Shown one piece after another: positions 38,403-50,429 of a stretch of 64,000 bases of DNA (the stretch's first letter is position 1; the number at the start of each line of letters is the position of its first letter). Under the pieces are notes generated by a model that was given only the letters and a program-made list of their open reading frames with translations, searched no databases and was not told the origin of the DNA. Made by a program: the position numbers and the translations under genes. Source of the stretch: Okamejei kenojei. Taxonomy: Eukaryota. Location: assembly GCA_035221665.1 (NCBI GenBank), contig CM069161.1, positions 3,720,001 through 3,784,000 of the forward strand, written 5' to 3'.

Positions 38403-40360
38403 TCTCTACGATGTGTTAACTTTAAGTCAGTGATCGCCAGCCTCGTGTCTACGTTGGTTTATATGATTTGTCAAAGTCAGAAGGCTGGAGACTGCTATAA
38501 TGAGGTACTGAATTGCTGAGGGACCGATCACAAAGGTCATCAAAGCAAATGTGTAATTATTTTCTCTTTTAGTGTCCCATGCAGTGATGTGAAGGCTTAG
38601 ATAACAAGTCTTTCAATTCTGCAAGACATTGAGGAACAGACAATAAAAAATCGATAGCTTAATGTGTAGGTTTATGATATTGAACCATATATGAAACAAA
38701 GTTACTGTTCAATCCCCATTTGTTATACTGCTTAAATAGCAATTGAATTGATGGAATTGGGTTGAAAAAAATTGGATTAGCAATAGTTTAACAAAATCAG
38801 TCCTGTTTCTCCACATTCAATTTCTGCCAGTGAAAAGAAAGGGAATGTATTACAGATTCATTCCCTTTCACAATTATGTAACAGAGTCAAAAATCAAAAG
38901 GCTGCTGATGCTGGAAATCTGAGATAAAATAGAATGTAGCCAAAGTACTCGAGAGGTCAAGGACTATCTGTGGAAAGAGAAACCGAGGTAACGTTTCAGG
39001 TCAAATTTTAGATTCCATGTCGGGTAGATAATGCATGTTAGAATTTTTCCCATCTGCCAAACTCCACCTAAACTTGGAGAAATTTATTCCTTGTCCCACA
39101 CCAGCTGTAATGAAGAGTATGGTCCTTTATGCTGTGGTTTCATGCCTGAGGCTAATGGGTATAGTACAAACCAAAGTAAGTTCACACACATCTTATCATC
39201 CGTTAATAGAAGCAGTTTTCACCCCCATTTGGTTGAACTGGATTCAAAGCTCGATATTTTTATCCTCATTGATCCTTAATTATTAAACATTACTTTATTA
39301 GATTTTTTTTTTAATGTATTTGTACAAAACCGGAACATTGTTTTATTATCTGTTCCTAGTATGCATTATTTTTTTGTGGCCAAATAAATCTAAGTCATTG
39401 CAAATGAAATTGAACTTCAGTTGCATATGTAGTATGAAGTTAGGAAGTTAACTGCACTGGGTTCTGTCTGGATGGGGTGGCACTCTTGACCAAAGGTCTC
39501 ACAGACAATTCACAGGATTATACAATTTTTGTACCAGTAGTAAGTGTGGAACTGCTAAAATTAATTAAACATAACCTAGATCATTGCTGGCTGTCAATAA
39601 GGGAAGACTGAGGCCAATGGAGATACAACATGAGCCTAAAGTATGTACCGCAAAAATAATGCATTGAAGAGCATATTTCATTTAATGTTGCTGGTAATTA
39701 TTGATGACTTTACCATTTGTGGTCTTATTGGAAGAAAGTCTCTTTGATAATTGTCCATTGCTCTGCTTAACCTCGTATATTAGCGAATGGAATTGGCAAC
39801 AGCTCAAGTCTAATGGTATTTGCACCTGATGATTCCACTAGAGATTATATTTATTCAGCAAACAAATGGTCCAATATAGGTAGTTTAAATATTGCCTAGA
39901 TTGTGTATGCTTCAAATTATCAGGTGTGAAAAACTTCACCCATTATCTTTTTACCTCTGGACAGAACGATTTCAGATGTCTTCTGGCCAGACTACCATCT
40001 TCCACCCTCCATAAACATAGATTCACCCAAAACCTCTGAACACGTTATCTATCAGCTTTGTGTTTGTTGAGCTACAATGTGCCCCAAATTAGCAATCGCA
40101 AAGATTCCCTCCCAAACCTTGCATTGGGTGTGAAATACCATCCTTTTGAACCTTTCCATTTGTGTTCTCTAACCCCAATGAAATGGGCTCCAAAGCGAAA
40201 CCAAACATAGGGCAAAACTAGCCCCAGATTGTACTATGGGCCAAATTGAGATTGAAACTGACATCGTGAAGGAATCCTGTGCATGTTATGAAGTTCTGAT
40301 TCTGGTTAACCGTGGCACAAAATGTATAGGTAGATCAGAGAGCCAAAATCTATATACATT

Positions 40361-40758
40361 AATCATCGGCGATCACTCAAAATGAGTATGACTGTCTCTC
40401 CCGAGGACGACTGTGCATGACATTGTTTAACGTGGGGAGACTGGTGCACAGACAGCCACCACACGGTCCTTGACAGGTCTGGGTCAAGATGCAGTGGCAT
40501 GGAGTCCAAGATGACCGGGGACACTTTTCTGCTGCAGCCTTCATCCGCCTTCCCAGCCGTTGTGATGCTCCACTAAGGTCAGCCATCATCCTCCGCCTGT
40601 TCCACTGTTGAGGTCTTTGTTGGATTGTGCTTTGCCAGAGACCTCCCCCTCGACCTTATGGCCATGGGTGGCCCCACCAGGGGCATCGCTCCAAACTGCT
40701 TCGATCTCAGGACCACACGGGCTTCTCCACCACGACAAGGTGACAATCCACGGAGAAG
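40361..40758 (-). mobile_element. Non-autonomous RTE-clade element (RTE 5'UTR joined to 3' end, no ORF)
   Basis: Minus-strand 5' end caccttgtcgtggtggag...tgcccctggtggggccacccatgg resembles RTE/Expander/Bov-B 5'UTRs. The 3' end is ...gccgatgat. Imperfect flanking duplication aatc-tatatacatt / aatccat-tatatccatt. Confidence 0.65.
40693..40758 (-). ncRNA. Predicted HDV-like ribozyme at the 5' end of the RTE element
   Basis: Minus strand: P1 CUUCUCC/GGAGAAG (7 bp perfect), P3 ACC/GGU, L3 UUGUCGU, J4/2 CGAA, P2 GGAUUGU/GCAGUUU (wobble-rich). P4 is weak. Confidence 0.5.
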
Positions 40759-41997
40759 AATCCATTATATCCATTCTCTTATGTATTTAGTTCATGAACT
40801 AAATTACATGACACTTCTATTCTTAATGAGATCTCTAATTTTCTGAATTCTATTCATCCTTGAAGTGTAGAATCAGGCAGCAAGCAGGAATGTTTATCTG
40901 TGTAATCAACAAAATGGAAAACTATGCTGCTAACTAAAGATGGACAAATCGAATCTGGCCAAATGCTGTTATATTTGTCCACTCTAAATCATCAGCAGAT
41001 CATGGGTGGTGTCATCACTTCTTAATCTATCAACATTTCTTGGTTTGTGTTCCTCCAGAATCATAGTTTCAGACCTCTTTACCAGTCTTAATCCACATGG
41101 GGGCAAAGTCTCTGAGTTTCATATGTAAGGTGAAGACAATGGCACTTGATATGAAGGTGATATTTGACCAGAAGTTACATCAAATAGATCCACAAAAGAT
41201 TGGTCAATAGGAATCAGAGGAAAACTCTCATCTAACTTTAGCTCATACACATGATTAGAGGATGATTATAAGATTGGAAGTCAATTATCCTCGGGCAGTG
41301 TGAACAACCAAATGTAGCTGCTCCTCCTTCCAACAGGTCAGAAGTGGGTAAAATCACTGACAATTCTGCAATCTGGGTCCATTCCCAATTTCTCGGATTT
41401 GTACAAGCCTGGACCAATATTCAGCCTTGAGCTGATACACAACAAGTAACTTTCATACAATGCAAGTAACAGGCGTGAACCACTTCCAGCGCAAGAAAGT
41501 CCAATAACCTTCCAAAGACATTCAATGACGTAAACATCATCAAAACCACTAGGACAACATCGATGCGACACCGTTGATCAGCAGCTTGACTGAACACATA
41601 TTTTGATGTAGGTTTTCCACAGTGAGTAGATGACATCCCAACTATCCATCCTTCTGGATCAGTGCTGCTCCGTCAAAACTCATAAAAGTTCACACCATGG
41701 CAAAGCAGGGTGTTTGACACTCTTCTCGGCATCAACAAGATGTACTCCAAGCACATACCCGCGCACACCTGTGGCCCCACACCCCCACCATCCCCAATCA
41801 GCTGCCGGTAACAGGGTAACAGTTACATGTGCTGTACCTTCATCTTTTCTCCCCTTCAAAAGAGATGACCACTCTGCCTTGATCACCAGTCTGTGGTCTA
41901 CATTCAAACAGCTGAAGCTCCCTGCTACTGTGGGAGTACACTCAGTGCACATGTAAGGAGCCTATTATCTAGCTGTTCTCAGGGATGACAATAAATC

Positions 41998-42146
41998 CTG
42001 AAGAAGGGACTCCACCCGAAACATCACCGATTCCTTTTCTCGAGAGATGTTGCCTGGCCCTCTGAGTTACTCTAGCATTTTGTGTCTGTCTTCAGTGGAA
42101 ACCAACATCTGCAGCCCCGAACCATAACCCTAACCTTTCCTAAACA
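41998..42146 (+). mobile_element. Solo Penelope pLTR arm with TSD
   Basis: Flanked by acaataaatcct (41988-41999 and 42144-42155). Confidence 0.78.
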
Positions 42147-43544
42147 ATAAATCCTAACCTGGTCACCAACTCCCACGTTCCCTGAATGAATTTCAAATAT
42201 ATATATATATTTTAGATTCCATAAAAATCTTGCCAGAAGTGTTTAATGTAGGTTATGGTGGATATTTAGAGAGGTTTCTGAATTTGCGTTTCACATGATT
42301 CTGCACAATATTGTATTGACGGTGACTAATCGACAGCAACTTTCTACCTAAAGTGTTGAGACTTGCATGACGCCTCCAGACTGAAATTCCCTGGCACTCA
42401 GCCCATTCGCAAAGGTGGAATGCCACTTCGTAAACCAGCTACGAACTCGTGTGCACGTTCTGTACCCCACCTCCTTGAGTCAAAGTTAAAGTCAATTTTA
42501 TTCGTCACATACACCCGAAGGTGCAGTGAAATGAATAGAGTGCACGGCCCATTAGGTCATTTCGAAACGACGTGTCTGATTTCGCTTGGAAGGAGTTCTG
42601 GAGCACAACATATAGCCATCTCCGGCACTTTTCACAGCAGAGCAAGGGGGGTAAAAAACGAATCACCTCTGGCTTTCGTATATTTTAATCTGGAGAAATT
42701 GTTATGATATTGCACGACTCATTATTAAGAATATTTCATATCTAGGAAGAACTGCAGATGCTGGTTTACACCGAAGATAGACACTTCTTACACTTTATTT
42801 TAACCACTGCTCAGAAACCACAGCCCCGTTTCTGTTCCACCGTCTCCAGAAGAGAAAAAAGCAGTGTAGTTTTCTGCCCTCAGCAACCTTTAATGCTGAA
42901 CGGTACACAGAAACCACGGCGCTCTGTAACTCCCTGCGCCTCCCCGTTGCTCCTGACCAAATCCTCTCCCTGCCTCGGTTCCCGCTGTCCACAACCAATT
43001 CGCACCAAGTCCCGGAGGAGATGAGTTTTTTGAGAACAAAATCTCAAAATAGATTCTTATTTCTCCAAAATCACTGAATTCAGCTGGTAGTATTAGATTT
43101 CCGCGAAATGTAATTTGGCGAGAATGCCAGAGAGGAGAAAATACCGGGTTAATTCTTAATCAGATTTTTATTAGAACGAAAACATCTTCCATTCAGGGCG
43201 GTTTACAGTGCACGGGGCCGCTGATTTGGGGGCTTGGTATTACTGTTATATTGGCCAGCTCTTTCTGTTGCAACAATGGGAGCGTTTTACAAGTAATGCG
43301 TGGTATTCTGTCATTGTTACCCGACCACTAAAATGCCCTCACATTCAATGTGATGTTGGCTTTCATACTTTGGGTCTTATATCCTCAACCGGGTCAACTT
43401 CATGATCGGTTTATGATGACCGATCGCACTTGGTACACAATGCTTTTACGGGTTTTTGTTTAAATTGAGATTTGGCCGACTTCAGCTCTCTACAGCCCAC
43501 AATGTGTGAATGTTTCAATCAATGAAGCAAGCAATCAATTTAAA

Positions 43545-43656
43545 TCAGTCTGAAGAAGGGTCTCGATCCGAAACGTCGCCTATTCCTTTTCTCCAGAGAT
43601 GCTGCCTGACCCGCTGAGTTACTTCAGCTTTTTGTGCCATCTTCAATATAAACCAA
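43545..43656 (+). mobile_element. Solo Penelope pLTR arm with intact minimal hammerhead core
   Basis: CTGAAGA-A-GGGT(CTCG)ATCC-GAAAC-GTC at 43550-43577. Confidence 0.8.
43546..43581 (+). ncRNA. Predicted minimal (PLE-type) hammerhead ribozyme motif
   Basis: All core nucleotides are present (CUGANGA, GAAA, GUC), with an extra A after A9, a 4-bp stem II and a palindromic ACGU in place of helix III. Stem I is very weak; activity is untested. Confidence 0.55.
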
Positions 43657-45489
43657 CGAATGAATTAAATAACTATTCGTTGCTAAGAATTGAATGAACA
43701 AATTAATGAATCATAAAATTAACCGAGAATTCCGTGTAAGGAATTTTAACCGGCACTGTATTCGAAGTCCCACTTTTAAATGTTTATTCATTTTTAACTT
43801 TAGCTGCTCTCTTTTTGTTTATTTGTGCCCCTGTGGTTCTACCCCCTCTACCCTTTCTCTTCAGAGATTCAGTAGGTTTCGAAATTTCTCGCTATTCAAT
43901 CAAGTCGGGGAGGTGGGGAGGGGGGTTGGTGGTGGGTGAGTTGGGAGCATTGAGGTTAGAGTGGAGTGTGTGCTTGTCGCGCTCGCTGACACCTTTACCC
44001 TGATCCGCGACGCCCCCTCCACTCACCCCCCTCTTAGCACCAGGTCAGCAGACCCGACAAGATGTTACGACCTGCTTCTTCCATTACTGCCAATTAAATT
44101 AAATTTTTAAACCATATCTTCTTTAAAAAAAAAACATTATTTGCTTCTGAGTTGAAATGCTCAGGATCAGTTTTGATGCTTCATGAGCTAAAGGGATTAA
44201 AAAGAGCAAAATAAGCTTATACTGAGAAAAAGAGTTAAGCTTCTACCCCACTGCGAGAGAGGGCAAACTATATCAGCGCGAACTAGTGATTAGGGCCATA
44301 GCTGCGCCATTCACACGCCCTTTAGTCATTTTGATGAAAATGTTTCAATAGGGATTTCCTAGTCCACCCCACCCGATTGGGGACACACTAGAATTAAGAA
44401 TAGTTGGCTGTTGCTACGATTTGTCAGGGAATGCCAGAACTCTGCAGTGGGTAACGTTGCCTGAAGTAACTCTCTCTATTGTGTTAATAATACAGTGTGA
44501 CACCGAGCTAACAAAGGCAGATTCAGACACTCAGCAGGTAATGCAACTCATTTTCCAGGCAAGAGAGTCGGCCTCTGTCCTGAGCTGTCACAGGGCATTC
44601 CCACACCTCCGACATTACACTCTCACACTTACTCTCTCATACTTAATCCCAGGACCATCCCACACCTTTAAACTGTCCCAGGACACACTGATTGTGTCTC
44701 CTACATCACTGTCCATTGGCCTTGCTCTTTTGGTGAGTTCCTCATTCACAATTACTTTAACACCATGCTCCTTGTTCTGCTCCTGGCGTCTGCACTTCGC
44801 TAAGTATTCAGCATTGACCTTTCATTGCAACCCTCTTATCTTTCACCCATCGTGGGTTTTTTTTTACATTTAGAGGACCAGGGTTAAGCAGAAATATATC
44901 ATTGTTTGTTTGTTTTCAGGGTATCGGTAAGTATCATGCACATCCAGTTTTCCCATGGACATTAAAAGCCAACAACACCATCACGTTTCTTTAGGTTAGA
45001 TGGAGGTGGCAAGTTTCTTTCTATGAGGGACACCCATGACCCAATTGAGTATTTATGACATGCATTGTTTTTTTTTAAATCATTGTTAGATTCAGGGAAA
45101 ATAATGCTTGATTTGCTTCTTTATGCTAAAGATTCAGGAGATGACTGTTAAATCAATTTCAACGTGATTACCCCAAGTAAAAATTCTATTATGTTTCATG
45201 AAGTACATGTAATGAACTTTCCAGCGAACGGCACCAGGGGATTCACAACTTAAATGTACAATAATATGTCAGCTTATATCTCTCACAACTCTGCAGCAGA
45301 TTAATGAAAATATATCACTTTTGTTCACAATGTTAAACTGTCTATACCCTCAGGTGGTTAAAACGATGAAGACCAGGGTAGTCATCCTTGTTTTCTCGCC
45401 AACATTTATCCTTTGAGAAACATACATTCTGTAAACCAGGGTGAAGGTGGCTGCAGCCGCAATCTACACCCACTCCTTTCTACATCTAC

Positions 45490-45655
45490 TGGACTTTATC
45501 TTGCACTAAGCATTATTCATCTTATTGTCTTTATCATACATCTGCACACAATGGATGTCTCTACTGTAATCATGTATTTTCTTTCTGCTGACTGGTTAGC
45601 ACGTAAGAAAAGATTTTCACTGTACCTTAGTACGCGTGACAATGCACTGAACAAA
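45490..45655 (+). mobile_element. LINE 3'UTR fragment (Rex1/Babar-like; family uncertain)
   Basis: ctttctgctgactggttagcacg.aa.aaaa..ttttcactg.accttagta is shared with 37660-37738. Confidence 0.55.
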
Positions 45656-47927
45656 ACTACATTTCTTCCTTTAAACTTGCTGCGTGCAAATTGACTTCAA
45701 TGAATACCTCCAATTTCAAATGACCATATTAATCATTCGGTATGTTAGGATTCCCTGATCTTACAAAAGCATCCTACACTTGTGGCTTTTGTTTAGTTTG
45801 CTTCTGTTTTTGTCTTTCCTTTCATTTACATAGAGCAGATTTCTAAGTTTGAATCATATGGTATGGAACACATTGACACAAAATTAGAAAGTAGCTTGTC
45901 AGAGATGATTGATGGCATTATCTGTGCTGGATAGGAAAATGTAACTAATTAGAAGGGAGACGGTGAATGTGTCCATTATAGAACAGAGCATGAGAGCCCG
46001 TAAGGTTGTCGGATCATTCTCCGAGCTGTGCCGGTCTGCTGATCCAATTTGGTTGCTGGGATCTTGTTAGGTAAGATTATTAAAGGGTCATGGAGCCAAT
46101 ATGAGTAAATGGAGAAGCAAAGGCTTGTATGTAGAAATACCATTTAATGTACTCTAGACATCTTCACATTGGACACAACCAACAGTGAACACTCTCATGG
46201 ATATGGACTGTTCATTCGTAGTGATCAACCAGATTCAACCTCAACCAAAAGCAATAGATATATAAATGGGTGGGGGAATCACACTGATAATATAAAAATA
46301 TTATCATATCCTAATTATATTTTACTAGTTTTCTTTTCAACTGAGGAGATAATAACCAAAAATGTAAAAAGGTTTCCAGCGCTCTAGAAAAGCACAAAGA
46401 AATATCATACAGTGCCATTAATGTTTTCATGTTATTACTTAACTGTTTTCTAATTTGATATATAGAAATGAGATGTGATTCCATCTAATTTGATCTCCCT
46501 GCCAACTGGCAAGATAATAATGGATGCTTTTGACAGGAGTCCCCAGTGTGCAACTCAATAGCCGGGGTTTGTTGATGTCATGAAAAGAGAGCTGAAGATT
46601 ATCAGTAAACCACTGAAATTTATTTTAATGCCTAGCTGCGACCGTTGGTGCTCGTCTTAATGAAGTGTGGGTAATAATCTGCGCTTTTTTAAAATGGGGA
46701 AATCTCACGTACATCCCAATTTAAAGGCAAACGCCTGGAATCAGCAAACCTCTTATACGGGGAAGATGCAGTATGACAATAATTCTATATAGTACATTGG
46801 TAATAATTCTTCTTAATGTGTCACTTTTAACGAGTGAATCTCACCATAAGCACATCTTTTAACAGAAATGTTGTCAACAATCCTTTCAATATGGGAGGGT
46901 TATTATTTTTATGCAGTGACTCTCATCATCTTTAAAGAGGGCGCTTTCATCACAAATGACCTCTTTATTTGGAGATCTTCACCTTCAAAGATGATTGACA
47001 ATATAAATGCTTCTTTTTAAAGAGCTAATCTCATCATCAGCATCCCTTTTTAATTGAAGAGTTTCTCCAGCAGTATGTAATAACATCAGCAAAAAAATGC
47101 ACCATCCTACGAATGCGTTTATTGTCTCAGAGTGGGAAGGAAATAAATAACCCAGAGGCCCCACTCCTGATTAGTATTCATTAACCCTTGCTGAAATTAT
47201 GCATGCATTTTCACATGAGGAAGAATCTAAGATTAGTTTTGGCTGTGATGCCCCCTCAGTAAAATAGCTTACAAATGAAAAAGTAAGGGTGGTAGATCTG
47301 AATACCCCTACAAATAAGAGATTTTTAAGAGAGAAGGTAGTGGCAACCACCCCCCCCCCCCCCCCGCCCCCACTCCCCGAAAAATACTTGTAAATTTACA
47401 ATGAAGACATTTTTTTTTAAAGGAGCGTTTCATTCCAGCTTCATTTAAAATGTTTTTCAGGAGTAGACTATCCAACTGGCGATAAACATTGTAATTAATC
47501 CAGAATCACTTGTGTGAACTAAATTAATGTAACTCTCAGGTTCAGTGACAAATCATATGAGAGTTTTCCAAAATTATTTCTAAGCCAGGTTGTTGTAAAC
47601 AAAATGAAGGTGATCAGAGTTAGTAAAATATCATTACTGCCTCAATTCATTGTCACTTCTGCCGCAGATACTCAGAAGAGGTCCTATTGGCAAAACTTTC
47701 TTTAAATCACAATATATTGTCTGCTATTTAATGTAATATATATTAATTACATTTCTAATGATCAAAGAAACACAAACATTAACAACAGACATCTTCACAA
47801 TAGTTTACAGATGCATCATGTCATTAGTTCAGATTACAAAACATGAATCATTGGCTTCTTTTCTGTGGCAGTGTTGAAATCTGTCCATGTCCTGATCCCC
47901 TTCTCTCCTTTTTGTCTCAACTTCCAG

Positions 47928-48193
47928 CCACCCGGGAGTCTGCCTTTGTCCATGCCATTGCCTCAGCTGGAGTGGCCTTTGCCGTGACACGTTCCTGCGC
48001 CGAGGGCTCCAACACCATCTGTGGCTGCGACTCGCACCACAAGGGTCCGCCAGGCGAGGGCTGGAAGTGGGGGGGCTGCAGCGAGGATGCCGAGTTTGGC
48101 GTGCTGGTGTCCAGGGAGTTTGCTGACGCGCGGGAGAACAGGCCCGATGCCAGGTCTGCCATGAACCGACATAACAACGAGGCTGGCCGGACG
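47928..48193 (+). CDS. wnt3: Wnt3 coding exon 3 (266 bp)
   Basis: Polypyrimidine tract and cttccag acceptor end at 47927; donor acg|gtaagg at 48194. Encodes ATRESAFVHAIASAGVAFAVTRSCAEGSNTICGCDSHHKGPPGEGWKWGGCSEDAEFGVLVSREFADARENRPDARSAMNRHNNEAGRT; DSHHKGPPGEG and FGVLVSREF are diagnostic of Wnt3. Phase joins exon 2 (G|CC = Ala). Confidence 0.97.
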
Positions 48194-50023
48194 GTAAGGA
48201 ACAAAACTGATCTGGTCTTGAAGCAATGCATTCTTCTCATATCACATCGAATGGGATGTGAGATTTGCTTGAAACACCATTTCATCTTATTCATTACTTT
48301 AGATTGTAGTCTAGGATTCTAATGGAGAATTATTATTTTTTGCTCAGAAGATGGTTAATATTCGCTATGTTATTTAAATTACATCAGGCCAGTCATTTGA
48401 GGCTCCAGTATAGCCTCAGGAGAGCATATCTGACAATACAGCATTTCCTTTGTACTCCACACAGGGAATAAGGCACATCAGGCATACACGTGCTGGCAAG
48501 GGGACTGAATTCACTGCCTTCTGATACAGACGCAACAATTCAACAAGTCCTGTCAAGCTCTGAGTGCAATGGGATTGTGTGGGGAGAGGATGTTATCCTG
48601 CAGCCATTGCAGTCATCTCAGCAACTCACTACCCAACAGTGCTGTCATATTTAGAATTATATTGGAGTTTGATTCTCGTCAATGGAAAGTGAGAGACAGG
48701 AACTCAAAGTGTCCAAAGAGTTGGCAATCCATGGTTTCCGATGCAGACTGAATATTGACAAGAAGGAGAATGGATATTCGAAGGTTCTAGAGTATACTAG
48801 TACACCACTCTTCAACATGCATCTTTCCTACATTGATTATGATAGGCAGCTTCCGTGGCTATCAAGATATGTCTGAAGAAGGGTCTTGACCCAAAACATT
48901 ACCCATTCCTTTTCTCCAGAGATGCTGCCTCTCCAATTTACTGCCTGCTTGAGTTACTGCTGCCAGAGTTACTCCAGCATGTTGTATCTATCATCAATGT
49001 AAGACAGTACTCAATGGCACCAGATATATGCCCATTTCCAAAAAGTTGCATCAACCATGGATGCAACCATCTCTGATGGGAGTTGATTGTCATTATGACA
49101 TTCCTTTGCTGAATTGTCTGAATCATTTGTGCCCCAATGTCCAAGAAAGAGTGTGACATGACTGAAGTAGTCATAAACCCCAGCCAACAAGTGATGAGAT
49201 AGACATGGGTGTCATCAGTGACAAATAGAGGTTCATCCCATTCCTGTGGCTGATGTCACCAAGTGGGAGCAAGGATGAAAAGAGCAAGGATTTCATTAAT
49301 GATGAGTGAACAGAAAAGCAAGTCTTCAAACAGGAGTTGAGCATGCTCAGACAAATACTGGTATGAACCAAGGTAGATAGTTTATTTAACTCTGAAAGTA
49401 TGTGGCATTCAGGGAACTTATAATGAGTAATTAATGTTAGTTGCTTTCCCGAAGTAGGACTGTGAAAGGAAATTGTGTGCTTCAGCTGATGTGAACTCAG
49501 GGCTGCATTTGCTTTCTGCCAGTCTCCAGCGGGACAGAGGAGGTGATGTAGCTGAGGAGAATAAAATGAGTGAGTACCTTGCTAACAGTCATAGTTCACT
49601 CTGAGCAGTCATACAAACCTGGAGCTTGAATAGGGGGTGAGAATGACTCTGAGGTAAGGACACAATGGAGAGAAAGGATGTTGAAGATGGGGCAGTCGTG
49701 GGAATGGATGAGTTGAGTATATTCATAAGGGAGGGGTAACCACAGTTTACCGGTAGTTTATGTGTCTGTAAATTACACCCTGAAACAAGCCTGCCACTGG
49801 AAATAATACACGGGGCAGTTTGACATGAAGACCGCCCCATCCAGGTGTTTGTTGTGTGTAACAGGTAGGTGGCATAAAGCCAGTGCATCTTCCTGGCATG
49901 CACTGATAGCTTGACACCATTAAGGTATGTGCCATTTATTCTCAAACAGGACTCTTTTAAAGAGTACTGCAAATTAGTCACTTTCCAGAAGGTGACTGTG
50001 AGAAGAAGCATCAACTGATCTAA

Positions 50024-50171
50024 TCCCCCCACCCTCACATCAGTATGAAGAAGGGTCTCGACCCGAAACGTTGTCTATTTCCTTCGCTCCATAGAAGCTG
50101 CCTCACCCGCTGAGTTTCTCCAGCATTTTTGTCTACCTTCGATTTTCCACCATCTGCAGTTCCTTCTTAAA
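50024..50171 (+). mobile_element. Penelope 3' end with TSD
   Basis: Flanked by caactgatctaa (50012-50023 and 50172-50183). The hammerhead C3 is mutated (atgaaga). Confidence 0.82.
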
Positions 50172-50429
50172 CAACTGATCTAAATTTGCACCCAGGCCTG
50201 ATTGGTCTCTGGCAATTGCAGTCTATTGCCCTCAGCTGACGTGTGAACCCTTCACACTGAAATAATGTGAACTGACATACATTGTACCCAGCCCATGGAG
50301 AAAACTACAGTCCATCAATTCTGACCTGTAATGTTTCCTGGATTTCTATCAGCCCTCCATTGGTATTTGTGCTTCCAGTTGTATGGGCTCCAAGCTGTTC
50401 ACAACTCCCTTTCCTTCCTCATTTCAGAA

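Larger units (their letters stand above)
42280..44420. promoter_or_regulatory. Intronic CpG-retaining island (candidate enhancer)
   Basis: CpG is visibly more frequent than in flanking intron 2 (by eye, not computed). Confidence 0.5.
25244..47927 (+). other. wnt3: Wnt3 intron 2 (~22.7 kb, GT-AG)
   Basis: Defined by the flanking exon boundaries; frame is preserved across the junction. Confidence 0.93.
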
